From NCBI GenBank assembly GCA_041562555.1, contig JBFEXS010000004.1, forward strand, positions 1 to 42,004: a stretch of 42,004 nt of DNA, written 5' to 3'. The position numbers and the translations under genes were made by a program. Of this stretch, positions 10,225 to 19,944 are shown one piece after another. Source of the DNA: Sulfurimonadaceae bacterium (GTDB lineage Bacteria; Campylobacterota; Campylobacteria; Campylobacterales; Sulfurimonadaceae). Below the pieces are notes generated by a model. The model was not told where the DNA came from. It ran no database searches and saw only the letters and a program-made list of their open reading frames with translations. The first letter of the stretch is position 1; each line of letters begins with the position of its first letter.

Positions 10225-10632
10225 ATGAAAAATCGAAGAGATTTTATGAAAACATCACTTGTTGCGTCGGCCGGTGTAATGGCAGCTATCAGCCCTGCAC
10301 TTGCGGGAGAAAACACTCCAAAAAACATCTTTGCCTATTCAACGGATAATCCGGGGCGCTGGGCAGGAAAAGCCGGAAGTCATGCCCCTGTTATCACCCA
10401 TGACGGGAACAAGGTGACTGTCGAGACGAAACATGGGATGGCGCCGATGCACTATATCGTTAAACACTCCATTGTCACGGCAGAGGGTGAAGTCCTTGGT
10501 GAGAATGTATTCTTCCCTGAAACGGATAAAAAAGCGATCTCCAGCTATGAGATCAAAGGCAAACATACCAAACTTTATGCACTGAGCTTTTGTAATCTAC
10601 ACGATCTTTGGGTCACTGAATTTACACTTTAA
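10225..10632 (+). CDS. Tat-exported superoxide reductase/desulfoferrodoxin-like protein
   Basis: AAGGAG RBS before ATG 10225; NRRDFMK twin-arginine signal; ligands H(AP)...H(GM)...H(YI)...C-N-L-H-D-L-W. Confidence 0.85.
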   Translation: MKNRRDFMKTSLVASAGVMAAISPALAGENTPKNIFAYSTDNPGRWAGKAGSHAPVITHDGNKVTVETKHGMAPMHYIVKHSIVTAEGEVLGENVFFPETDKKAISSYEIKGKHTKLYALSFCNLHDLWVTEFTL

Positions 10633-10686
10633 TCCTTACTTCTGGGCCTGGAGCTCAGAAACCAATCCTACAGACAATATGCATCT

Positions 10687-11508
10687 ATGAAAAACATCTA
10701 TATCACTGATTTGGATCACACCTTTTTGCGCTCTGATCTGAGTATCAGTCCTTTTACCCAAGAGGTCTGGAATACTGTAAGTCAGAACGCCTATGTCTCC
10801 ATTGCCACTGCCCGCAGTTTTTATTCTGCATCTACACTCCTAAAGCAGGTCCATATCAATGCTCCGATGATCTTGCTTGATGGTGCCTTTATTCTCACAC
10901 CGGACAAAAAAGTGATCGATACGAAGTTTCTTGATCAAGATCTGACCAATACCCTCATCCAAGAAGCAAAGAAGCACTTTGATCTACATCCTTTTATCAT
11001 TGCCCTTAAGGACAAGGAGCTCAATGAGTCCTTTGATTTTCCTCTTCAGCAGACTGCAGTTCAAAAAAAGCTTCTTGAAAACTTCAAAAAAGACCCAAGA
11101 CTTATACAGCATAAGCATATGATCGCAGGAAACCAGACCTTTAAGATCGTCTATATGGGATCTTTTGAAGAACTTGACCCACTTACGCAACACCTTAAAG
11201 AGAACTATGGGGACTGTTTTGAGTTTAAGCTCTCTCCCGAGAACTATAGCGGAGGTTATTTTTTGACGATTCTGCATCCCGAAGGAGACAAGGCCCACGG
11301 CCTTGCCAAACTCAGTGATTATCTTAACAGGCCATTTGAAGATATAACCGTTTTTGGAGATAGTATCAACGATATTGGTATGTTCAAGCTTGCAGGTACT
11401 GCAGTCGCTGTCAGCAATGCCCTTGACGAGGCCAAAGCCCACGCCGATATCATCTGTGAACACAGCAATGATACGGATGCGGTTGCCCATTATCTCAAGA
11501 AACGATAG
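10687..11508 (+). CDS. Cof-type HAD-IIB hydrolase
   Basis: DLDHT motif I, ATAR motif II, K and GDSINDIGM motifs III/IV. Confidence 0.92.
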   Translation: MKNIYITDLDHTFLRSDLSISPFTQEVWNTVSQNAYVSIATARSFYSASTLLKQVHINAPMILLDGAFILTPDKKVIDTKFLDQDLTNTLIQEAKKHFDLHPFIIALKDKELNESFDFPLQQTAVQKKLLENFKKDPRLIQHKHMIAGNQTFKIVYMGSFEELDPLTQHLKENYGDCFEFKLSPENYSGGYFLTILHPEGDKAHGLAKLSDYLNRPFEDITVFGDSINDIGMFKLAGTAVAVSNALDEAKAHADIICEHSNDTDAVAHYLKKR

Positions 11509-11510
11509 GA

Positions 11511-11951
11511 CTACTCTTCGTTGTCATCCTTGTAGGCATCAATAAAATCATGAATCAAACCATTCAGGCTTTCCAGGGTGTCTGCATAGGGATCATACCC
11601 CTCGATCAACTTATTCGCTAAATAGGTATAAGCGAAGGTCTCCACAGCACCCTCTCTATGTGTGACCACATCCTCTCCAAGTCCCACCTGAAGAGATATC
11701 GCCACCGACTCTTCCACGGCGATAGACTTCACTTTGACCACCAGAATCTGTGCATCTGTTTTTCCAAAGACAAAACCTGCTTCTTCAAGCGTATCTGTCA
11801 AATCCTCTTTCAATTTCTGTTTCTTTGCACTATCAAAGAAATCAGCACGAAGATCAAGATAAAGATTAAGGTTCTTTACATTGTCCAGGGTATAAAAGGA
11901 TTCTGCAAATATCTGTGTCGACAAGAGTATAAAAAACAATATTTTTTTCAT
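11511..11951 (-). CDS. Exported hypothetical protein
   Basis: Signal peptide MKKILFFILLSTQIFA; TAATG overlap with the upstream gene. Confidence 0.8.
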   Translation of the reverse strand: MKKILFFILLSTQIFAESFYTLDNVKNLNLYLDLRADFFDSAKKQKLKEDLTDTLEEAGFVFGKTDAQILVVKVKSIAVEESVAISLQVGLGEDVVTHREGAVETFAYTYLANKLIEGYDPYADTLESLNGLIHDFIDAYKDDNEE

Positions 11952-12385
11952 TATTTGCTCCCTGCCTTAAAGAGTTCCAATGCCTCATCGATGTTTTCCA
12001 GGTATTCTCCCTTCTTCATGTAAGCCACCGTATCATGAAGGGCCTTTTCTGCAGTTGGATCAATAAAATAGACTGCCGGAATCATCGGAGCAAAAAAAGC
12101 CTCCGGATATTTTCCCTTGTCCTTATACTTGTCTACCACGACAGGTATAAAGTTCTTATCTACACTCTCTTTCACTTCGGAAGCCTTCAGGGTCTTCCGT
12201 TCAAACTTCTTACACCAAGGGCAGTAATCCCCTACCAGGACAAGCATCACCATCTTCTTCTCTGCTTTGGCATTTTTAACCGCTTGTGTATAATCACGCA
12301 AATAATTTACTTCAGCCGCAAACTCATCGATCTGTGCCCCCCAGATCAGGCTGAGCATAGTCATCAACAATAGTATTTGTTTCAT
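11951..12385 (-). CDS. Exported thioredoxin-fold protein
   Basis: Signal peptide, AKAEKK, CPWC motif, MIP loop. Confidence 0.87.
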   Translation of the reverse strand: MKQILLLMTMLSLIWGAQIDEFAAEVNYLRDYTQAVKNAKAEKKMVMLVLVGDYCPWCKKFERKTLKASEVKESVDKNFIPVVVDKYKDKGKYPEAFFAPMIPAVYFIDPTAEKALHDTVAYMKKGEYLENIDEALELFKAGSK

Positions 12386-12454
12386 ATTTTTCCTTCTTTA
12401 AAAGGGTATTATAGGTTAAGACAACTTAAAAGAAACCGTTTGGTCTGTATTAGT

Positions 12455-14296
12455 TTATCCCAATGCATTAAGCTTCTGTTCAAAGCTGTCCATCAGTTCA
12501 TCGAACTCTGCCTGCGCTTCTTCCAGACGTTCAAACTTTTCTTCTACGGCCGCTTCTTCCTTCCCAATTTTTTGGGAAAGCTCCATCACTGTCGCGTTAT
12601 CACCGTTAGACGATGCCGCCTCCAGACCCTCATGATCATTCGATATACTCTCTTCAAGAGAGATGATTTCCTTTTCCAACCGTTCTAATTCTTTTTTCAA
12701 ACCAGATGTTGCCTTGGAGCGTTCTTGTATCAAAACAGCCCGCTGTTTTTTGAGTTCTTTGGAAAATTTGTTATTAGGCTTCTCTTTAACCGATTCCTTG
12801 ACTTCTTCTTGATCTTCTCCCCAGCCTATCTTTTCTAAAAAGAGTTCATACCCTCCGTCAAAATATTCTGCTCCATCCTTTGTAAAGATGATCAATCGAT
12901 CTGCAACACGCCGTAAGAGTTCTTCTGAGTGGGAAACGACAATACTTCCTCCCTTGAAATTTTCTATCGCCTTGGTCAGGGCCTCGATCGAATCGATGTC
13001 AAGGTGATGCGTCGGTTCATCCAAAAAAAGCAGATTCGTCGGACGTGCTACTATCTGGCCCAACATGACCCGTGACTTCTCGCCCCCTGAAAGGAGTGAT
13101 ACCTGCTTGTCCGCTGCAGCACCCGGGAACATCATCGCTCCACAGATAGTACGCACTGCGGCTTCTCCCAATTGAGGGTCTGCAGCATAGATCTCTTCCA
13201 TCACTGTCTGCTTCATATCAAGTCTGTCGATATTCGTCTGACCAAAATGTCCGATCGAAACACTTGGATGTGAATGGACACTGCCACTTAAGGCTGTCAG
13301 TTCTCCCGCGATAGTGTTCAACAGTGTAGATTTACCCGAACCGTTCTTCCCGATAATCGCAAGACACTCGCCCTGGGCCAGATTAAAGGAGATATCCTGA
13401 AAAAGTATCTTGTCCTGAGTATACCCGAAACTCAGGTCTTTCACCTCTAATACCAATTTGGAAGGAGAGGTTTTGAAGTTGAACTCAAACTCCAGATGGC
13501 GATCGAAGCAGAGTGCATCCATCTGATCCATCTTCTCTAGAAGTTTGACCTTTGACTGTGCCTGTGCCGCCGTTGAAGCACGGGTTTTGTTCTTTGCAAT
13601 AAACTCTTCTAATTCTTTACGTTTCTTTTCCTGTGAGGCACGCTGTTTCTCATAATGCTCATCATTTGCCTGCATTTGCTCATAAAACTTATGTGTATTT
13701 CCCGCCACACTCTCAATGCTTCCCCGTACCAGACCTGCGGTATGGGTAGTGATCCCATCCATAAAGTCTCTATCGTGGGTAATCAGTATCACCTCTCCCT
13801 GAAACGATCTCAAAAAAGACTTAAGCCAACGGAGTGAGAGGATATCAAGGTAGTTGGTCGGCTCATCCAATAATAAAAGGTTGGGTTCGGTTACAAGCAG
13901 CTTGGCCAGGTTGATACGGATCTGATATCCTCCCGAAAATGAGAGTGGGTCTTTATCCAGGTCCTCCTGCACGAAACCCAGACCAAAAAGGATCTTTTCC
14001 ACACGATAGACCTCATACTGTTGCTCTTCACTCAAGGCCATAGCTGCTTCTTCTCTGACCGTCTTTTGGGTGAATTTGAGATGCTGTCGCAGAGCACCTA
14101 TCCTGTAGTTTTTAGGGATTATCACCTCACCCTCATCAGGATGTTCCTCCCCCAATATCAATTTGAACAACGTAGATTTTCCAGACCCATTCCGTCCGAC
14201 CAGGCCTACTTTGTTTCCGGAATTCAATTTAAAGTTGAGATCATTGAAGAGTTCTTGTTCCCCAAAGCGTTTAGAGATATGTGAGAGTTGTATCAT
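12455..14296 (-). CDS. ABC-F family ATPase (YheS/Uup-like)
   Basis: Two ABC domains (GRNGSGKS, FSGG, LLLDEPTN; GKNGSGKS, LSGGE, FLDEPT), inter-domain linker, C-terminal coiled coil, no TM segments. Confidence 0.95.
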   Translation of the reverse strand: MIQLSHISKRFGEQELFNDLNFKLNSGNKVGLVGRNGSGKSTLFKLILGEEHPDEGEVIIPKNYRIGALRQHLKFTQKTVREEAAMALSEEQQYEVYRVEKILFGLGFVQEDLDKDPLSFSGGYQIRINLAKLLVTEPNLLLLDEPTNYLDILSLRWLKSFLRSFQGEVILITHDRDFMDGITTHTAGLVRGSIESVAGNTHKFYEQMQANDEHYEKQRASQEKKRKELEEFIAKNKTRASTAAQAQSKVKLLEKMDQMDALCFDRHLEFEFNFKTSPSKLVLEVKDLSFGYTQDKILFQDISFNLAQGECLAIIGKNGSGKSTLLNTIAGELTALSGSVHSHPSVSIGHFGQTNIDRLDMKQTVMEEIYAADPQLGEAAVRTICGAMMFPGAAADKQVSLLSGGEKSRVMLGQIVARPTNLLFLDEPTHHLDIDSIEALTKAIENFKGGSIVVSHSEELLRRVADRLIIFTKDGAEYFDGGYELFLEKIGWGEDQEEVKESVKEKPNNKFSKELKKQRAVLIQERSKATSGLKKELERLEKEIISLEESISNDHEGLEAASSNGDNATVMELSQKIGKEEAAVEEKFERLEEAQAEFDELMDSFEQKLNALG

Positions 14297-14390
14297 GGAG
14301 TTCTTTACACTGATTTAATATAATGCGTATTATATCCTACATCCGTATAAAGCATGATCAGCCTATAGGCTTTAAGTACTATTGTCTACC

Positions 14391-14942
14391 CTATTCTTCA
14401 ATCACCTGTCCACGATAACGAAAGACTTTTTTCTCTTCTGTCTCGGACACTTCTTCCACCGGGACCTGGGATACCTGCTCGTGTAAAACAAGTTCATCAA
14501 ACTTATGTTCTCCCATGGCTAACAGCTGACTTTCAAATAAGCGCAATGAAGAGAGCATCTTATCGGATGTTCGGATCAATGCCTCATAATGTTGCTGGGC
14601 AATAATCAGATCGCTGTTACTGGGCGTAGAAGAGGAAAACATACCCGATAGAAAACCGGAAGAGCCTGTTTTGATCAGGGTACTGTAGATCTTGAGATAA
14701 TCCTCAAAACACTGTTTAAAATAGTGTTCTATATCATAGACACTCTTTTTGATACTCTGAGTAGAAAAGATCATTCCGCAGCTATAGAACCACTTTCCAA
14801 AAGCACTTTCAGACTCATTGAGGGCTATCGCCTTGACATCCACATCAATGCCTGAGACCAAAAGTTTGACCTGATTGATCCAACGCTGATGTTCAGTACG
14901 GGATTTACGAAGTTTAATGATGTAGGTTTCTTTTTTTGACAT
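14391..14942 (-). CDS. CZB (chemoreceptor zinc-binding)-like domain protein, degenerate ligands
   Basis: H..W near the N-terminus and FGKWFY motif; the canonical Cys position is Ser. Confidence 0.65.
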   Translation of the reverse strand: MSKKETYIIKLRKSRTEHQRWINQVKLLVSGIDVDVKAIALNESESAFGKWFYSCGMIFSTQSIKKSVYDIEHYFKQCFEDYLKIYSTLIKTGSSGFLSGMFSSSTPSNSDLIIAQQHYEALIRTSDKMLSSLRLFESQLLAMGEHKFDELVLHEQVSQVPVEEVSETEEKKVFRYRGQVIEE

Positions 14943-15140
14943 AAGTGAAATCCATCCGTTTTTTCACTCAATTGTATCGACATGCATGTTACTTTTATAT
15001 CAAAATATGGTTAAAAATTAATCTAACTGCCTCCCTTCAATAAAATATCCTATGTTATGTATGAAGTTTATGCCATATCATCTCTTCTACAGTCCAAATA
15101 GTGTACAATCTCACTAATTTTTCCCTCTGAGGAGCCCCCA

Positions 15141-15773
15141 ATGTCCCTATCTCGTCTAAAACGTCACAACCACCGTGTTCACCCCTGTGAAAATGCCCGT
15201 AAACAAGAGCTTCTAAAAGAACTTTCCGAACTCTATAAGGACAAAAGTATCCTTGTCATCTCCGAGGCCAACACTACAACAACACACCTTGAGACAAAAA
15301 ACCTTACACTCAGTAATGATCATGAACTTAGTACCATGGAAAATACATCATGGGAAGTGCTCATCAGTTTTGAACTGCCAAAAGACCCCCAAAACTATCT
15401 CAAACGTTTGGATTACACTACGGAAATGGCCCTTGTCTTATTTGATGATAAAGAGCAAACCAGACTGTATAATATAGAGAAGCTTCTTGGAAAGAATATC
15501 AAGCAAGAGATCATCAAAGGGTTTGAGCCAAAAACTGCCCAGACCAAAGATATAAAAAAGACGCATCCGACAAAATCACAGCAGCGTTCGGCCAAAGAGG
15601 ATGATAAAAAACGCAAGAACCTTGTTGATAAGGAAAAATCCTTCAGTGCAAAGAAAGAGTGGGATAAAAAACCTGCAAAGGCTGCACATCATCACGACAA
15701 GAAAAGCAATCCTTCCAAGCGTACTCCTCGAAAAATTCAAATATCAAAAGAGCAACAAAACAAAAAAGCCTAA
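15141..15773 (+). CDS. Degenerate DEAD-box helicase C-terminal-like protein with Lys-rich tail
   Basis: K.ELL.EL, VLISFELP..PQNY..R and IEKLLGKNI...IIKGFEP resemble RhlE-type C-terminal domains. Motifs I, II and VI are absent. GAGGAG RBS. Confidence 0.65.
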   Translation: MSLSRLKRHNHRVHPCENARKQELLKELSELYKDKSILVISEANTTTTHLETKNLTLSNDHELSTMENTSWEVLISFELPKDPQNYLKRLDYTTEMALVLFDDKEQTRLYNIEKLLGKNIKQEIIKGFEPKTAQTKDIKKTHPTKSQQRSAKEDDKKRKNLVDKEKSFSAKKEWDKKPAKAAHHHDKKSNPSKRTPRKIQISKEQQNKKA

Positions 15774-15782
15774 GGAGTTTTC

Positions 15783-17087
15783 ATGGCCAATATTCTTATT
15801 GCAATCATCTCGATCCTACTGCTTGCTCGTATCTTGCAATCAAAGGCATCTATTCCTCTTCCTATAGGGATCATGGCACTGACACTGGCAGTCTATTCCT
15901 ATTTTCCGGAATATATCAATATTGCAGCTAATGAGAACTTTGACGGGATAATCTTACTGCTGCTGCCATTGATCCTGCTGCCGGACACCCTAAACTTCAA
16001 ACTTTCTGATCTCAAAAAGCACGGTATTGCCATCTTCTATCTCTCCTTTGTTGCTGTTGTCCTCTCCATCATCATCGGGGTCATCTTCAACTTTGTGATC
16101 TTTACCGAATATACCTTCACGGCAGGGGCTTTGATCTGTCTATTTGCGATGGTATTGGCCACTGATGCGGTAAGTGTCGGTTCGATCTTTTCCCAGTTCA
16201 AGCTCCCTCACTCCCTAAAAGTACTGACGGAAGGGGAATCCCTTTTTAATGATGCAACCGCCGTGATCGCTTTTTTCTTTATCGGACTTCCATTGATGAA
16301 TGGAGTAGAGATCACACCTGCGGATGTGGGAATCACACTTTTACGTGTCCTTAGTCTTTCCGTTCTCATAGGAGTGATCATCGGCTATATCGGAAAACTT
16401 TTACTCTCCACCTTGCATACGGTCACCGATGAGTTCATCGTGATCCTGCTGACAGCCTATGTTGCCTTTGGCATTGCCGAAAACCACCATATCCATGTCT
16501 CGGGTATCCTGGCTCTGATCGTCGCCGTCTTAACCCTTCAATACTTCATATCCAAACAATTCAACGCCCAGGATTCAGATAATGCAATTATTGAAAGCGA
16601 TTCCCATCAGGCCAGTACGAAAAAAGAGCGCATCATCACTACCAAAGCCCGTTTGGATGAGAACAAACAGATTATCGCCTTCTTCGCACTCTTTGCGAAT
16701 GCCGTATTGTTTTTTACATTAGCCGAACTCATTGAGATCGAAAAGATGATGCACTATTCCAAAGAGATAATTGTCCTCTTTATTGCCACGACCCTTATTC
16801 GTGCTGCAATGATGTTCAAGTTTTCCTATATCTCCAAACAAGTCCATAAGATCACCGATGTCTCCTATCGTTGGTGGGCCATCCTAACCTTTGCCGGGAT
16901 CAAGGGAGGTCTCTCAATGATCATGGTCCATGCCTTACCTGACACTTTCGCATATAAAGAGATGTTTGAGCAAATCGTCATGGGTATCATCTTGTTAAGT
17001 ATCTTTGTCTATTCCCTTGGCTTGATTTTCGTGATCAAAAGGTATCAAAATGCCTTTTTACAGGACATTAAGGAAGAAGGGCACTAA
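15783..17087 (+). CDS. Na+/H+ antiporter, CPA1 (NhaP-like)
   Basis: ATDAVSV, EGESLFNDATA, HVSGILA, GIKGGLS; ~12 TM. Confidence 0.92.
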   Translation: MANILIAIISILLLARILQSKASIPLPIGIMALTLAVYSYFPEYINIAANENFDGIILLLLPLILLPDTLNFKLSDLKKHGIAIFYLSFVAVVLSIIIGVIFNFVIFTEYTFTAGALICLFAMVLATDAVSVGSIFSQFKLPHSLKVLTEGESLFNDATAVIAFFFIGLPLMNGVEITPADVGITLLRVLSLSVLIGVIIGYIGKLLLSTLHTVTDEFIVILLTAYVAFGIAENHHIHVSGILALIVAVLTLQYFISKQFNAQDSDNAIIESDSHQASTKKERIITTKARLDENKQIIAFFALFANAVLFFTLAELIEIEKMMHYSKEIIVLFIATTLIRAAMMFKFSYISKQVHKITDVSYRWWAILTFAGIKGGLSMIMVHALPDTFAYKEMFEQIVMGIILLSIFVYSLGLIFVIKRYQNAFLQDIKEEGH

Positions 17088-17171
17088 ACAAACTCTAATT
17101 CTCATCTTTAAACCCCTTTAAATATAGTTCGTACTATCATCATTGTATAGACTCCATTTAAAGGCTGTAGT

Positions 17172-18380
17172 ATGACCCCCTCAGACGATATCAAAACCCT
17201 TAGAAATTATCTGGAAGAGTTAGTAAATAAAAAGGGAAGTGACCTTCATATCAAAAGCGATGCCCTTGTACGTGCGCGTATCAACGAGGAGATCACTCCC
17301 TTAAGTGAAGAGAAGCTGTCACATGAGAGTGTCGAAAACATTGCCCGTGAGCTTGCAGGCAAAAACTATGTAAATTTTATCAAAGAGCAAGAACTTGATA
17401 CGATCTACGTTCTGGACTCCCAACACCGATTCAGGGTTAATCTCTTTGTCCACCTACATGGATTGGCTATTGTCTTTAGGACTATCCCTAAGGTCATCAA
17501 AAGTATAGAAGAGTTAAACCTTCCCGATGTCTTACACAGACTTGGGCATCTTCAGCGGGGACTCGTCATTGTCACCGGAGCTACCGGAAGCGGGAAATCG
17601 ACGACTCTGGCCTCGATTATAGAAGAGATCAATCTTAACCAGCGCCGTCATATCATCACCATAGAAGACCCGGTCGAATATGTCTATAACGACAAACACT
17701 CTATCATCGAACAGCGCGGTATCGGACATCATACCAAAAGCTTCAATTCCGCACTGCGTTCAGCCATGCGTGAAGACCCGGACATCATCATCGTCGGTGA
17801 GCTGAGAGATATCGAGACGGCCGAGAGTGTCCTGCATGCCGTCAATACAGGACAACTTGTGTTTACGACCCTGCATACCATTGATGCAAGGGAGACCATT
17901 GACCGACTGGTAGCCATCTTTCCAACCCGTGAGCAAAACCGTATCCGTATGGCCCTAGCAGCCAACCTACAGGCCATCGTCTCTCAACGCCTCATCAAAA
18001 GTCTGGATGACGAACTGATACCGGCTGTTGAAGTGATGTTTAGGAGTCCACGTATCGAACACCTGATCCGAAAAGGTGCTGATACGGATATCCCGGACGC
18101 AATGATAGAAGAAAAAAACAGTTATGGATCGATCACTTTCAATCAAGCCCTCTTTGATCTCACTCTGGCCGGTAAGATCAGTGAAGAGTCTGCCTTCAAT
18201 TATGCGACCAGTGCATCCGACCTGAAACTGCTTTTCACTACCAGCACCGAGTATCATAATCTCAAACATAAAACAGTGACAGAGGAGATCCACCTCAAAG
18301 AGGAGGAGACAGTAGACCCTGCCCAGGAACAGGAACGTGTTCGCCAAGAAGCGATCAACAAACTCAAAGAAGAGTTCTAA
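17172..18380 (+). CDS. pilT: PilT/PilU-family type IV pilus retraction ATPase
   Basis: SDLH, TGATGSGKST, TIEDPVE, AMREDPDIIIVGELRD, TGQLVFTTLHT. PilT versus PilU is not resolved. Confidence 0.9.
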   Translation: MTPSDDIKTLRNYLEELVNKKGSDLHIKSDALVRARINEEITPLSEEKLSHESVENIARELAGKNYVNFIKEQELDTIYVLDSQHRFRVNLFVHLHGLAIVFRTIPKVIKSIEELNLPDVLHRLGHLQRGLVIVTGATGSGKSTTLASIIEEINLNQRRHIITIEDPVEYVYNDKHSIIEQRGIGHHTKSFNSALRSAMREDPDIIIVGELRDIETAESVLHAVNTGQLVFTTLHTIDARETIDRLVAIFPTREQNRIRMALAANLQAIVSQRLIKSLDDELIPAVEVMFRSPRIEHLIRKGADTDIPDAMIEEKNSYGSITFNQALFDLTLAGKISEESAFNYATSASDLKLLFTTSTEYHNLKHKTVTEEIHLKEEETVDPAQEQERVRQEAINKLKEEF

Positions 18381-18442
18381 ACAAAAACTTAAGGCTTCTT
18401 CAAGCTCTTAGGGTGCATAATCGTTTTATAGAGGAGGATGTC

Positions 18443-18538
18443 ATGACTGAAGAACTCTATATGCTTATGTATTTTGTGCCCGTAATTTTTATTGTCATGT
18501 ATTTGATCAACCTGTTTTGGGGGGACTCCGAGAGTTAG
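18443..18538 (+). CDS. Candidate small single-TM protein, 31 aa (not in ORF track)
   Basis: GAGGAGG RBS, CATAAT -10 at 18416-18421; MTEELYMLMYFVPVIFIVMYLINLFWGDSES; hairpin downstream at ~18570-18596. Confidence 0.6.
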   Translation: MTEELYMLMYFVPVIFIVMYLINLFWGDSES

Positions 18539-18634
18539 AGGAAGTGTAATTTTCCTGACCTTTGTTATCCCTCTCACACTTTTCTAGGTGTGGAGGATGC
18601 TAAAACAGGGGCAAAATCTGAAGACCCGTCCTCT

Positions 18635-19834
18635 TTACCGCCGGCTCTCTCCGCTTTTTTTCAAAGCATAGCGTGTCAGAAATGGGCCAATGAGTTCATG
18701 AATAAGTGTTGTTGCGATTACAATATTCAAAAGGATGGATGAGATATCCTCCAGCTCGGTATGTTTTTGCAAGGAGAGCGCAAGCCCTATGGCAACACCT
18801 GCCTGTGGTAAAAGTGCAATTCCCATATACCTTTTGATAGTATCCCCACTCTTTGCGATCACTGCACCTATATATCCACCTAACACCTTTCCAATAAACC
18901 TAGAAAGGATATACAATTCTATTGCCAATGGAAAAACAGACAAGGCACTCAACTCCAGATGCATCGCAGACAAAATAAAGAAAAGCATAAAGATCACTTC
19001 TGCAAGATGGTTATCGATCTCCTCTTCGACAATATCAAAATCTCTAGAGGTGTTGACCATCACCATCCCCATGACCATTGCACTTAATAAGGGCTCTAAA
19101 TGCCAATGTTCACTTAAGCTGTAAACCACAAAGATCCATCCAAGGGTAGCAATGGTCTGCATCCCTTTATGGGCGACAAATAACTTTTGCATAAATGTAT
19201 TACTCAATGCAGCAAGTGTTCCAAGAACACCGCTTAGGAGAATCAGGAACAGTGCTTCTAAAAGATCTTTCCATACTAAAAGATCTGCAGTAAGCAAAAC
19301 ATTAGAAAGCGACAATGCCAAAGAGAACATCATCAGCGCCACTACATCATCCGTTGCGACAATCGCCAGTAATACGGATGAAAACCTCCCCTTCGCTCGT
19401 AGCTCACGTACGATTGCCAATGGTGTAGCTGAATCCGTTGCTGTGGCAATACCTGCTAATAACAAGGCGATCAATACAATATCACCGGTAGAAAAGTTCA
19501 AAAAGCTTCCCAAAATGACAAAGGTGAGAAAAACCAGGGTAAAGGTGCCCGTAGACTGAAAAAGTGTGATATAGAGTATCTCTTTTCCACGCCCCTTAAG
19601 CGTGGTAAGATTCAAGGTTGCACCCACCATAACAGCAATAATGGCAAGTGCGAGATCAGTGATAACATATGACTGATCGACAAATGTCCTGGGAATGATT
19701 CCCAAGACTTCAGGACCGATTATAAGACCCAAAGTCAAATAACCGACTACAGCGGGGATACGTATCTTAGGACTTAACCACTGGACAAACGCTCCAGCAA
19801 GTAAAATAAGACCAAGATAAAAAAGTGTCTGCAT
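18635..19834 (-). CDS. Cation:proton antiporter (Na_H_Exchanger family, CPA2-like)
   Basis: P.VVGY..LG..IGP, ATATDSA, VATDD, FF...A, LLPQAGVAIGL, ELIGP. Confidence 0.9.
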   Translation of the reverse strand: MQTLFYLGLILLAGAFVQWLSPKIRIPAVVGYLTLGLIIGPEVLGIIPRTFVDQSYVITDLALAIIAVMVGATLNLTTLKGRGKEILYITLFQSTGTFTLVFLTFVILGSFLNFSTGDIVLIALLLAGIATATDSATPLAIVRELRAKGRFSSVLLAIVATDDVVALMMFSLALSLSNVLLTADLLVWKDLLEALFLILLSGVLGTLAALSNTFMQKLFVAHKGMQTIATLGWIFVVYSLSEHWHLEPLLSAMVMGMVMVNTSRDFDIVEEEIDNHLAEVIFMLFFILSAMHLELSALSVFPLAIELYILSRFIGKVLGGYIGAVIAKSGDTIKRYMGIALLPQAGVAIGLALSLQKHTELEDISSILLNIVIATTLIHELIGPFLTRYALKKSGESRR

Positions 19835-19944
19835 TGTAATTCCTACTCAAACCTATGAATGACATAGTGTAACATAGCAATGCTGGTTTATAACACGCTT
19901 TAGGTTACTTTTCTTTGTTATAATCACCTCTAAAGAGGTACAAC

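Noticed and set aside
10640..10660. Hairpin TTCTGGGC-ctgga-GCTCAGAA after the SOR-like gene
   Set aside because: No U-tract follows, so it is too weak to call a terminator.
14973..14998. Possible sigma-28 promoter (TAAA...GTCGATAC) before the CZB-like gene
   Set aside because: The spacing is 12 rather than ~15 nt, and the overlapping TACAAT fits sigma-70 equally well.
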